Source of the DNA: an uncultured Gammaproteobacteria bacterium
GTDB lineage: Bacteria > Cyanobacteriota > Vampirovibrionia > 2-02-FULL-35-15
Length of the DNA stretch: 64,000 nt
Assembly (NCBI GenBank): GCA_964602915.1
Contig: CAZRTB010000001.1
Span: 598,417-662,416, forward strand
Direction of reading: 5' to 3'
A program made the translations under genes and the position numbers. This document shows, piece after piece, positions 7,359-15,503 of this stretch (positions within the stretch are counted from its first letter, which is position 1; the number at the start of each line of letters is the position of its first letter). The notes beneath the pieces are model-generated. The model had not been told where the DNA came from. It was given only the letters and a program-made list of their open reading frames with translations, and did not search any database.

Positions 7359-9827
7359 GTGTTGGTAGTTATAACTGGGCCTGCAAGAGTTCGTACTTTA
7401 CTAGCACAAGAAAACCTAGCAAGTATTTTGTTGCCCCAGTTCAGACGTGATAGATATAACATCGAATTAAAACAAAGAACAAATATTCAAATAGTATTAG
7501 AACCAACTTCAAATGAACTTGAACTTGAAATAACTGATGCTGAAGGAGTAGGTTTAGGAATTGATAATACTACTCTTCTAACAATGGGATTAAAAATCTT
7601 TAAACCAAAAGCACTAAGAGCGGTACAAAACAACCCTGCTTTTGAACAAAGAAATTTAACAGCTACTAATAAACCAGTAAGAATTAATCTGCAAAGCAAG
7701 AAAAATCAATTTTTAATTATTGAAGGCGATGATTTTAAAGTAGCAAACATTGGTGTAACAGGACTTTTACCAGGATCATATACTTTAAAAGCAACAATTG
7801 ATGGAAATGAAACCTCTACAACTAAAATAGTTACTAAACCCGACTTTAGAATTGATGCAGTAAATCCTCAAGTAGTAGCAGTAGGAGTTGAGACAATTAT
7901 TTCAGTTCTAGGAAAAGGATTTGATTCATTTACTAGTGTAGTTTTTGATACACCAGATGTAGAAGTTAAAGATGTTGAAAATATTGATGATGATACTCTC
8001 CTTAAAGTAAAAATCTTTCCAAAGGCAACAATCCCTCTTGGTTTAAAAGATGTAACCGCTACTGATCCATTTACAGAGAGATCTTCTACTTTAGTCCGTG
8101 GATTGTTAGTTTCAGACGGTACTTTAGGAACAGACTCTATTCCAGGAACAGATGGAATGGATGGAGCAAATGGTTTAAATGGTCTTGATGGTATGGGTGT
8201 TTGTGATAATTTAACAGATACTTTAATGCTTTTCTCGAATAGCCTTCCAGCTGGAAGCCAACCAACAATTTTCTTAGATCCAGTCCAATGTAATTTAACT
8301 TTTGGAATCCCAACAGGATTTAATGGTGTAAATGCAACAGGTGCAGATGGTATGGGACTTTGTAATAATCCTTCACTAACACCAACTACTGTAGTCAACA
8401 GCGTTGCTTATGGAACATCAGCAATGGTAACTCTCGATTCAATGGCATGTACTTTAACTTATGATATTCCTGAAGGAGCGCCTGGACATAATGCTTTAGT
8501 AGAAGATGTTAATGCTACTGTTGGACAATGTCCTTTTGGTGGAAAAGTAGTTTCATATGGAATAGATTTAAATGACAACAGCAGTTTATCTGCTATGGAA
8601 ACAACAGGAATGTTCACCATATGTAATGGAGAAAACAGCTTAGCGCTTTCAATATCAGAACCAGCAGGAGCAAATTGTGCTAATGCAGGTCAAAAAGTAG
8701 AAGTAGGTTTGGATACGAGCATGGATAATATGTTAGATGCTGGTGAAATTTTACAAACTTACTATGTATGTAATGGTACAAATGGAACTAATGGTACAAA
8801 TGGAACCAACGGTACAAACGGAGCCAATGGTACAAACGGAACCAATGGTACAAATGGTACGAACGGAACCAATGGACAAGCATGTTGGGATTTAGATAAC
8901 AATGGTATGACAGATGTAGCTTCAGAAGATATAAATGGAGATGGTTCTGTAAATGTTTCAGACTGTTTAGGAACTCTTCCAACAATTTCTTACGTAATTC
9001 AAAACTGGAATACCCTTGCAGATGAGCAGGACTACACAACAGTAGGTGGAGCAATGGCTAGAATGGTCAAGATTCCTTACTTTGTTCATGATGGAGTAGT
9101 TTATGGTGGATTCTGGGTTGATAAATATGAGGCTTCTAAATCAGATGCTACAGCATCAAGTGCTGGTGTGTCTGCAGATGTAGGAAGTAAGAGAAATGTT
9201 GTTCCGACAGCTTCTGTAACACTTGCACAAGCACAAGTAGCAGGAAGTGCAACAAATAGAAGGGTTTCTACATTAGGCCCTTGTCATTTAACAGGCATGA
9301 AAGAGTGGTATACCCTTTATCTTCTTGGAAGATATTCTAAAGTAAGTGGTACTTTCGGTGCTACTGCTACAAACGGATGGAATGAAAGAGGAAATACAAG
9401 AGCAAGTAAAGATGGAAGAAATAACGTATCATTTGCTTGTTCTGACGATCCTACAGAAAGTGGTGGCACATTAGGCAGATGCTTAACTGGTACAGGATTT
9501 AAGAGCTGGGGACATTTATTAGATGGAACAGCTACAACAAACCCTACTGGTTCAGCCATAGGTGCGGCCGCAGATTCAGCGACAAATACAACAAGTGCAT
9601 TTGATGGTGATAAGCAAGTGTATGATCTTGTTGGAAATCTTACAGATACAAATGGTGGAGCTAATGGTGGGAAACTCTTTACTGCTACAAACAGTACATT
9701 TGGAGCAATTAGAGGTGGATCATGGCTAACAACCTCAGATTCAGCATCTCCGCTTTATTTGGATCTTACTCAAACTGCTGGAAGTACAAACATTGGATTT
9801 AGAGTAACGTGTGATCAAACACCGTAA
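7359..9827 (+). CDS. large mosaic protein with a collagen-like (G-T-N)n tract and a C-terminal FGE-sulfatase (SUMF1/GldJ-like) domain
   Basis: The C-terminus has FWVDKYEAS ... YDLVGN ... IRGGSW ... IGFRVTCD, matching the FGE-domain landmarks (F.MD.YEVS / GNVWEW / GGS[WY] / GFRC). The central segment is NGTNGTNGTNGTNGTNGANGTNGTNGTNGTNGTNG plus a DGMDGANGLNGLDGMG Gly-X-Y stretch. The gene has a GTG start and no signal peptide is evident. Confidence 0.6.
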   Translation: MLVVITGPARVRTLLAQENLASILLPQFRRDRYNIELKQRTNIQIVLEPTSNELELEITDAEGVGLGIDNTTLLTMGLKIFKPKALRAVQNNPAFEQRNLTATNKPVRINLQSKKNQFLIIEGDDFKVANIGVTGLLPGSYTLKATIDGNETSTTKIVTKPDFRIDAVNPQVVAVGVETIISVLGKGFDSFTSVVFDTPDVEVKDVENIDDDTLLKVKIFPKATIPLGLKDVTATDPFTERSSTLVRGLLVSDGTLGTDSIPGTDGMDGANGLNGLDGMGVCDNLTDTLMLFSNSLPAGSQPTIFLDPVQCNLTFGIPTGFNGVNATGADGMGLCNNPSLTPTTVVNSVAYGTSAMVTLDSMACTLTYDIPEGAPGHNALVEDVNATVGQCPFGGKVVSYGIDLNDNSSLSAMETTGMFTICNGENSLALSISEPAGANCANAGQKVEVGLDTSMDNMLDAGEILQTYYVCNGTNGTNGTNGTNGTNGANGTNGTNGTNGTNGTNGQACWDLDNNGMTDVASEDINGDGSVNVSDCLGTLPTISYVIQNWNTLADEQDYTTVGGAMARMVKIPYFVHDGVVYGGFWVDKYEASKSDATASSAGVSADVGSKRNVVPTASVTLAQAQVAGSATNRRVSTLGPCHLTGMKEWYTLYLLGRYSKVSGTFGATATNGWNERGNTRASKDGRNNVSFACSDDPTESGGTLGRCLTGTGFKSWGHLLDGTATTNPTGSAIGAAADSATNTTSAFDGDKQVYDLVGNLTDTNGGANGGKLFTATNSTFGAIRGGSWLTTSDSASPLYLDLTQTAGSTNIGFRVTCDQTP
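8772..8882 (+). repeat. imperfect 9-bp coding tandem repeat (AAT GGn ACn) x12 encoding (Asn-Gly-Thr)n
   Basis: Read directly: aatggtacaaatggaactaatggtacaaatggaaccaacggtacaaacggagccaatggtacaaacggaacc... Confidence 0.8.
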
Positions 9828-9852
9828 TTAGAAATCTAAAATGCAAAAGATT

Positions 9853-9882
9853 AGAGAAGGTGTAAAAGCCTTCTCTTTTTTT
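9853..9882. terminator. bidirectional intrinsic terminator between convergent genes
   Basis: AGAGAAGG-tgtaaaag-CCTTCTCT followed by TTTTTT. The left flank is A/T-rich enough to serve the minus strand as well. Confidence 0.6.
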
Positions 9883-9898
9883 GTAGCTAACTTATTTA

Positions 9899-11872
9899 TT
9901 AATCTCTAAAAGCAGGAGATCTACAAAAAGCAGTTCCATGATCAAAATAACCCATGGCTTGGTTTGTACAACCAGGACCAGCAAACTGCCCAACAAAACC
10001 AAAGCTGGTTCCACATGCAGGAATCTGATCAGCTAATGGACAAGTAGGAGTACCTATTTTACATTTAACAACATTACTTTCACAAAAAGGAACAAGCTCA
10101 CTATTGTTATCACTGGAGCTGGACGTAGAAGAAGAACCACTAGAACTGGTAGTTGATGTAGCAGAAGATCCACCACCACAGTATCCTGCTGATGGATCGA
10201 TACTAAATGAACCTACACAAATAGCCTGACATTTCCCTAAGTAAGGTCTGCAAAAAATACTACCTTTTCCTTCTGGACAAAAAGCAGTTCCTTCTGAACA
10301 AGTAGGAACAGATGTCGTTGTACAAGTGGTAGGACAAGCAGGTTTAGTTCCATTTGGAGGGAGGATAATAGTAATGCCACTGCTTGATGAAGAAGATGTA
10401 GAGCTTGTACTAGTTGTAGAAACTCCACCGCCACAAAATGGAGCAGAAGGATCTAATGAAAATTTCGCAGAGCAAATAGCCTGACATTTACCTAAATAAA
10501 CACTGCATTTAAGAGTTCCTTTTCCAGAAGGGCAGAATGCTGTTCCATTTGTACAAGAAGGAACTTCTATACCATCACAGCTTGAACAAATAGGCTTTGA
10601 ACCATTTGAAGGAAGAATCACTGTACTTCCACTGCTTGATGAAGAGCTGGATGAGGATGAAGAAGATGGTGATGAAATTGAACCGGAAGAAGAACTGCTT
10701 GAGGAAGACATTGAAGTAGAAGTAGTTAAGGAACCAATGATATTAACATTTGAAATTGTTTTTCCTGCCTCCACTTTTAAAATAAGTGCTTTTGATTTTC
10801 CCTGAGCCAGCGGTAAATTTGGACCACGATAATAGCCTTTAGGCACAGGATTTTGAAAAGAAAGATCACTGCTATTTTCTGCATAGTGACCAACTGAAGA
10901 TCCTTTTGTAAAGTTTGAATTGATTGGCTCAATCTCTACAGTATAATCACCAGGAATAAGTCCAGCAAGTTTAAAGTTACTATTTTGAGGTCCAAGATAT
11001 CCAGAGATACATGAAATAGCTTCTAGTAGAGGATTGTTAACATTTCGTGCAATTACATTTGCACCTAAAATTTTTCCTTTTCCATTTTTTTTAAATACAG
11101 CACCTTCTATCGTTCCAAAGCCTGATAATTCAGAAGGATTTGGATAAAGCAAAGAAATACTAGACTTGTCATCTCTTTGAAGACTAAAAAGATCATTAAC
11201 AGCAATAGGAAACATTAAAGGAACAGAATCTTTAGTATTCTGAGAAGCTGATTTATCAAGAGCCTGAACATTAATTTGTGAATGATCTAACCCCAGAGCA
11301 TGACCTAGCTCATGGATTATAGTACTTTTCATTACGTTTAAACTTACTTCTTTATTTCCTGAATTTTGAATGCCATCTACAAACTTTCCGTTAAAAACAG
11401 CGCTTGATTCCTGGATAGAATAAAAATTAGAACTGCTTTCAGTAAGAAATGAAGGACCTGCAAAGCCAAGAACAAAATTGCTTGAATTAGAACCAAGAAG
11501 ATTATCGATTACTGAGCCATCACTATCAAAAACAATAGGAGTGTATCCAAGAGGATTGTCATCAGATAAATAAGGTTTAAAATTTGAACTGCTTACATCT
11601 TCAGGTAAAAATGGATCTGAATCCTGCTGAAATCTGAAAACAGTAGTGCTTACTGATTCCCAGTCATCAAATAAATCTTTAATAATAGAAATAACTGAAT
11701 CATTTGAAAGATAACCAAAAGACCCCTTGTCAAATCTATAAATAAGAGGTCTGCTTTCATAAGAAATAATAGTCCCTTTGTCTGAAACTAAAAGAGGACC
11801 ACTAGCAGTACAGGGGTAAAAACAAGAGAGGAACAATGATAAAACTAAAATTGCAGAAAGGCTAAATCTCAT
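9899..11872 (-). CDS. secreted zinc metalloprotease, matrixin-like (M10 metzincin) with poly-Ser linkers and tandem 8-Cys C-terminal modules
   Basis: Signal peptide MRFSLSAILVLSLFLSCF. HELGHALGLDHS (HExxHxxGxxH) is followed by an SVPLMFP Met-turn. There are two approximately 70-aa repeats with eight conserved Cys (..KP.C...C.....P.C..GTAFCP.GKG...C..YLGKCQAIC...FS.DPSA..CGGG) separated by Ser runs of 20-30 residues. Confidence 0.7.
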   Translation of the reverse strand: MRFSLSAILVLSLFLSCFYPCTASGPLLVSDKGTIISYESRPLIYRFDKGSFGYLSNDSVISIIKDLFDDWESVSTTVFRFQQDSDPFLPEDVSSSNFKPYLSDDNPLGYTPIVFDSDGSVIDNLLGSNSSNFVLGFAGPSFLTESSSNFYSIQESSAVFNGKFVDGIQNSGNKEVSLNVMKSTIIHELGHALGLDHSQINVQALDKSASQNTKDSVPLMFPIAVNDLFSLQRDDKSSISLLYPNPSELSGFGTIEGAVFKKNGKGKILGANVIARNVNNPLLEAISCISGYLGPQNSNFKLAGLIPGDYTVEIEPINSNFTKGSSVGHYAENSSDLSFQNPVPKGYYRGPNLPLAQGKSKALILKVEAGKTISNVNIIGSLTTSTSMSSSSSSSSGSISSPSSSSSSSSSSSSGSTVILPSNGSKPICSSCDGIEVPSCTNGTAFCPSGKGTLKCSVYLGKCQAICSAKFSLDPSAPFCGGGVSTTSTSSTSSSSSSGITIILPPNGTKPACPTTCTTTSVPTCSEGTAFCPEGKGSIFCRPYLGKCQAICVGSFSIDPSAGYCGGGSSATSTTSSSGSSSTSSSSDNNSELVPFCESNVVKCKIGTPTCPLADQIPACGTSFGFVGQFAGPGCTNQAMGYFDHGTAFCRSPAFRD

Positions 11873-12546
11873 TGTTCGCCCCCCTGACTTTTCACAAGGG
11901 TTTTTACAGTCTTAATAAATTCACGATACTCAATAGGCTTTCCAGAGTCAGAGTTTATGCTGTAAAATTTTCTTATATATTTTTGATCAATATAATTAAT
12001 TCCTTTTGTTTTAAAAGCTTTAGATAGTCCGAGGTTAAAAAGTTTGTTTGAAACAAAGTCTTTATCTGTTTTTTCATCATGAACAATAGAAAATTGCCCC
12101 TGTAAAAAACCAACAGGACTAGTTAAACCCAATTTACTATCAGGATGCAAAAACAAAACATATTTTTTATCCAAATCATACCCAGCTGAACGTGATACAG
12201 CAGACCACTGTTTAAAACTTATTTTAGATTTATTTGAAACTCCTTTGATTGGATCACTGATTAAAAATGAGTATTTTGTAACAGCTACTTTAGCTATGTT
12301 GTCATTTTTGATTTCTTTTATCTCTGTGCATGTACCGACAAAAATTCTATCTGCAGATTCAGTCAACTCTTCAATGTCTACAGGGATAGTATCAAAAACA
12401 ATATGGCCTGCTTTTCGGTGGCTTTCTTTCTCTGTAACGATATGACCAAATGCAAAACAATTAGTACTTAAAAAATAAGCAAAACCCAATATAAAAAGCT
12501 TTTTCACCATATTTTCAAAGTATCTTTTTTTCACTTGCATTGTCAA
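11869..12546 (-). CDS. secreted hypothetical protein, translationally coupled to the downstream metalloprotease
   Basis: Signal peptide (MVKKLFILGFAYFLSTNCFAFG). Its stop overlaps the protease start (ATGA, 11869-11872). Confidence 0.5.
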   Translation of the reverse strand: MTMQVKKRYFENMVKKLFILGFAYFLSTNCFAFGHIVTEKESHRKAGHIVFDTIPVDIEELTESADRIFVGTCTEIKEIKNDNIAKVAVTKYSFLISDPIKGVSNKSKISFKQWSAVSRSAGYDLDKKYVLFLHPDSKLGLTSPVGFLQGQFSIVHDEKTDKDFVSNKLFNLGLSKAFKTKGINYIDQKYIRKFYSINSDSGKPIEYREFIKTVKTLVKSQGGEQ

Positions 12547-12622
12547 TTAAAACTCTTTCCACTTATAATAATTTAATTAAAATTTTATACTTCACACAAA
12601 ACTAGAATAAATATACTAAATA

Positions 12623-13501
12623 TTAAGGACTTATATCTAAAGACTTAGAAACAATTCCTCGAGGAGTTGTTATTACCAAAACTATATTTGTTTCTTGGTT
12701 AGGATTAGAAATATTTAATAAAGCATTTATTAAACTAAAACCTTTTTGAATCTCTATCTCAGAATTTGAAAAAGAAATAGATGATGGAAATAATGTTATT
12801 TTGGTGTTTTCAGCATTAAAAGATTTTTTATTATTGTTACTGAAACCATCATTAGAATAAAAAATATTTTTAGGTGCAAAATTTCTTCCATGAATCATTA
12901 GTGATAGATTCGACTCAGATGATTCAATCCCGACCATTGAGATTATGGGTTCACCTATATCCTGGGAATTATTTCTAGAGCGCACGCTTAAAAAATCTAT
13001 AATTTCAAATTCACCTCTAAGAATACTCCCTTCTACAGTTCTGATAGACAGCTTAGATGTTCCTATAGAGATTTCATCTGGAATAGTAAGAGTTAAAAGG
13101 ATAGAATCCTGACTATTTTTTACTGTTTGCATTTTAAATGGGATAGTAGTATGGTTTGTACTGTTACTATCTTCAATATCAATTCTTTTTATTTCAATAT
13201 TATTTGGTTGTGTTTTTAGAAGAATTTCAAAGGTAGGATTTGATGCAGGGAATGCATAACCAGTTTTTTTAATAGATAAATCTGCCATTGTCGGAAGCTT
13301 TACGATATCAGGAAATATAGGGCTTCCGATAATTTCTAAGTCAAGATTACTCTCAGAGCCGACAGAAATTGAGCCGGAAGAAGAGGATACAGTACTAATA
13401 ATATCAAAGCGAGTATTTTTAAGATTTTCACTTGCAAGTGAAAAAACCTTAAAATTAAATATAATTATTAATAATATTATTAAATAAAATGCTTTTTTCA
13501 T
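12623..13501 (-). CDS. secreted hypothetical protein
   Basis: Signal peptide MKKAFYLIILLIIIFNFKVFSLASE. It is Ser/Ile/Asn-rich and has no recognisable catalytic motif. Confidence 0.45.
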   Translation of the reverse strand: MKKAFYLIILLIIIFNFKVFSLASENLKNTRFDIISTVSSSSGSISVGSESNLDLEIIGSPIFPDIVKLPTMADLSIKKTGYAFPASNPTFEILLKTQPNNIEIKRIDIEDSNSTNHTTIPFKMQTVKNSQDSILLTLTIPDEISIGTSKLSIRTVEGSILRGEFEIIDFLSVRSRNNSQDIGEPIISMVGIESSESNLSLMIHGRNFAPKNIFYSNDGFSNNNKKSFNAENTKITLFPSSISFSNSEIEIQKGFSLINALLNISNPNQETNIVLVITTPRGIVSKSLDISP

Positions 13502-13531
13502 AGTAAATATTCTACTTCAAAACCAGATAAA

Positions 13532-13601
13532 AGGGGTATCCCGTAGCAATGATTATAAAAATCTAGAAATAGCTACTGAAGCATCAGGGGTATGCCTTAT
13601 C
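13532..13601. promoter_or_regulatory. pair of 16-nt G-rich direct repeats (AGGGGTATCCCGTAGC / AGGGGTATGCCTTATC) 54 nt apart in a divergent promoter region
   Basis: 13532-13547 and 13586-13601. The surrounding sequence is about 80% A/T, so the GGGGTAT cores stand out. They lie upstream of the REC-PAS-GGDEF gene. Confidence 0.3.
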
Positions 13602-13673
13602 GAATTTAAAAAAGGCTAATTCTAGGAAAAATTAAGTTTATAAAATCAATATTAAACCAAGAATATACTTGTT

Positions 13674-14966
13674 ATGAAAGAACAAATAAGAGTTTTATTA
13701 ATTGAAGAAGATTTAAATTATTATTTCTTTGTAAGAAGCATTTTAAGCGAGGACTTAAATTCATTATTATTTAGACTAGAGTCATGTAAAGGACTAGAAG
13801 AATCTAAGGATGCTTTATCAAATGAAAGATTTGATGTGATTTTGTTTGATGTTTCAACTAAAGATGAGAAAGTAAAAGAAAAATTTGAAATTCTTCAGGG
13901 ATTTGCACATAAAATACCAATACTTATTTTATGTGAACATGAAACAAAAAGTTTGGCAAAAGAGCTAGTAGAGATGGGTGCAAAGGACTACTATGTAAAA
14001 AGACAAATCGATGAAAATACACTCCCGTTAGTCTTAATGTTCACAGTGAAAAATAAGAAAACAGAAGAAGCGCTAAAAGTAAGCGAGAAAAGATTTAAAA
14101 CTATAATTGAAAATTCTTCAGATATAATTTTAATTTTAGATATAAATGGTACTTTTCACTATACCAGTAACTCGTTAAATAGAGACTTTGGTTATAGCCA
14201 TGAACAACTCATTGGAAAATCTTTCTTTGATTTTATTCATGAAGAAGATAAGGAAAAGACAGCGCATTCTTATAGTAAGATGTTTCAACATAGAGATGCT
14301 AGTCACTCTGTAGAGTTTAGATTTAAAAAAAGTGATGGAACGTGGAGATATTTAGAATCAATTGGTAGAAGTATTTTAGATGACAGTGGAAATTCTATAT
14401 GTGTAATTAATTCCAGAGATATTACGGAGAGAATAAAATTTGAACAGGAATTAAAGAGACTTTCTCTAATAGATGAACTTACTGAGCTTCATAATAGAAG
14501 AGGATTTTTAACTTTAATTCACCAGCAAATTAAACAAGCAATGAGAAGTAAAGAAGAAATATATCTTCTTTTTGCAGATGTTGACAAACTTAAATGGATA
14601 AATGATTTATATGGGCATAACCACGGAGATAATATTTTAAAATCAGCGGCTAAAGCATTGAAATCAACCTTCAGAGATGTTGATATTATTGCAAGGCTTG
14701 GTGGAGATGAGTTTGCTGTAGTATTAGTCCAGGCTAAAGAATCAGGAATGGAAATAATTAAAAACCGCTTACAAGAGAGAATAAATGTTTGTAATGTAAC
14801 CTCAGATCTCCCCTATAAACTTTCTATGAGTGTTGGGGTGGTTTGCTTTAACCCAAATAATCCAGAGTCAGTGGAAGAGCTTTTAGCACGTGCAGATAAG
14901 CTAATGTATGAGCAGAAAAAAGGGAAAAAGAACTATAAAATCCTTTTAGGAAAATCTGAGCAATAA
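13674..14966 (+). CDS. response regulator receiver - PAS - GGDEF diguanylate cyclase
   Basis: N-terminal REC-like region (VLLIEEDL ... VILFDV). The central PAS region contains FHYTSNSL ... GKSFFDFIHEED. The C-terminal region has RGF...LLFADVD ... HGDNIL ... RLGGDEFAVVL, the canonical GGDEF A-site. Confidence 0.85.
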   Translation: MKEQIRVLLIEEDLNYYFFVRSILSEDLNSLLFRLESCKGLEESKDALSNERFDVILFDVSTKDEKVKEKFEILQGFAHKIPILILCEHETKSLAKELVEMGAKDYYVKRQIDENTLPLVLMFTVKNKKTEEALKVSEKRFKTIIENSSDIILILDINGTFHYTSNSLNRDFGYSHEQLIGKSFFDFIHEEDKEKTAHSYSKMFQHRDASHSVEFRFKKSDGTWRYLESIGRSILDDSGNSICVINSRDITERIKFEQELKRLSLIDELTELHNRRGFLTLIHQQIKQAMRSKEEIYLLFADVDKLKWINDLYGHNHGDNILKSAAKALKSTFRDVDIIARLGGDEFAVVLVQAKESGMEIIKNRLQERINVCNVTSDLPYKLSMSVGVVCFNPNNPESVEELLARADKLMYEQKKGKKNYKILLGKSEQ

Positions 14967-15037
14967 ATAAGTTATAATATAGCAGGTTGGCAAGAGTGAG
15001 TTTCACTTACCTGAAACTGCTCCATAAGCATAGAGAA

Positions 15038-15111
15038 GGGCCCTTACCTCAGCTGGATAGAGGACTCGGCTACGAACCGAGGTGCCGTGGGTTCGAATCC
15101 CTCAGGGCCCG
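15038..15111 (+). tRNA. tRNA-Arg (anticodon ACG)
   Basis: Cloverleaf read by eye. The acceptor stem GGGCCCT/AGGGCCC is 7 bp. The D arm is CCTC-AGCTGGATA-GAGG. The anticodon arm is CTCGG-CTACGAA-CCGAG with the anticodon ACG. The T arm is GTGGG-TTCGAAT-CCCTC with one mismatch. No CCA is encoded. The track ORF 14987..15205 overlaps it and is therefore spurious. Confidence 0.85.
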
Positions 15112-15231
15112 TTTCCTTTCATTACATAACTCAAGACAACCCTTAACAGGGCAGGGCTTGAGTTTCTATAAATCAAATGTTCTCTCAGACGGATTTGCCA
15201 AATAAATTGGATAAATCCTATAATTATAGAT

Positions 15232-15426
15232 ATGAGACATCAAAGTCATACAACTAATAAAGCTCTTCTTCGGTTATTTGGCAAAGAGAAATTGTTAAAT
15301 ATGAGGCTAGTACATGTTGAGCCTTCTGCAAGTAAAACAAAAAATAATAAAGTAGTTCGTAAAGGAAATATCTTAAAAATTTTTACTAATGATGGTTTGT
15401 GGGTTTTGTTAGATAAAAGCAGTTAA
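15232..15426 (+). CDS. small basic hypothetical ORF (64 aa), doubtful
   Basis: ORF only. It has no SD and no recognisable motif. It lies between the tRNA and the catabolic operon. Confidence 0.15.
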   Translation: MRHQSHTTNKALLRLFGKEKLLNMRLVHVEPSASKTKNNKVVRKGNILKIFTNDGLWVLLDKSS

Positions 15427-15503
15427 ATAAAGAAATCTTGAGATAGTAAAAACAATTACGTAATCTTTAGATTAAAAGAATTATTTTTTGGCATAATGAG
15501 TAT

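Noticed and set aside
8788-9054. His/Tyr/Trp-rich 88-aa minus-strand ORF (HLYHWFRLYHWLRLYRWF...)
   Set aside because: It is antisense to the (AAT GGN ACN)n collagen-like repeat of the 822-aa gene, and its periodic composition is a mirror of that repeat.
14987-15205. 72-aa ORF from the six-frame track
   Set aside because: It fully overlaps the tRNA-Arg(ACG) gene at 15038-15111 on the same strand, so it is an artefact of translating a structural RNA.
15427-15503. TTGGCATAATGAGTATA upstream of mmsA as a sigma-54 promoter
   Set aside because: It has a TGGCA-like -24 element but lacks the TTGCA -12 element at the correct spacing. It is more likely a sigma70 -10 (CATAAT).
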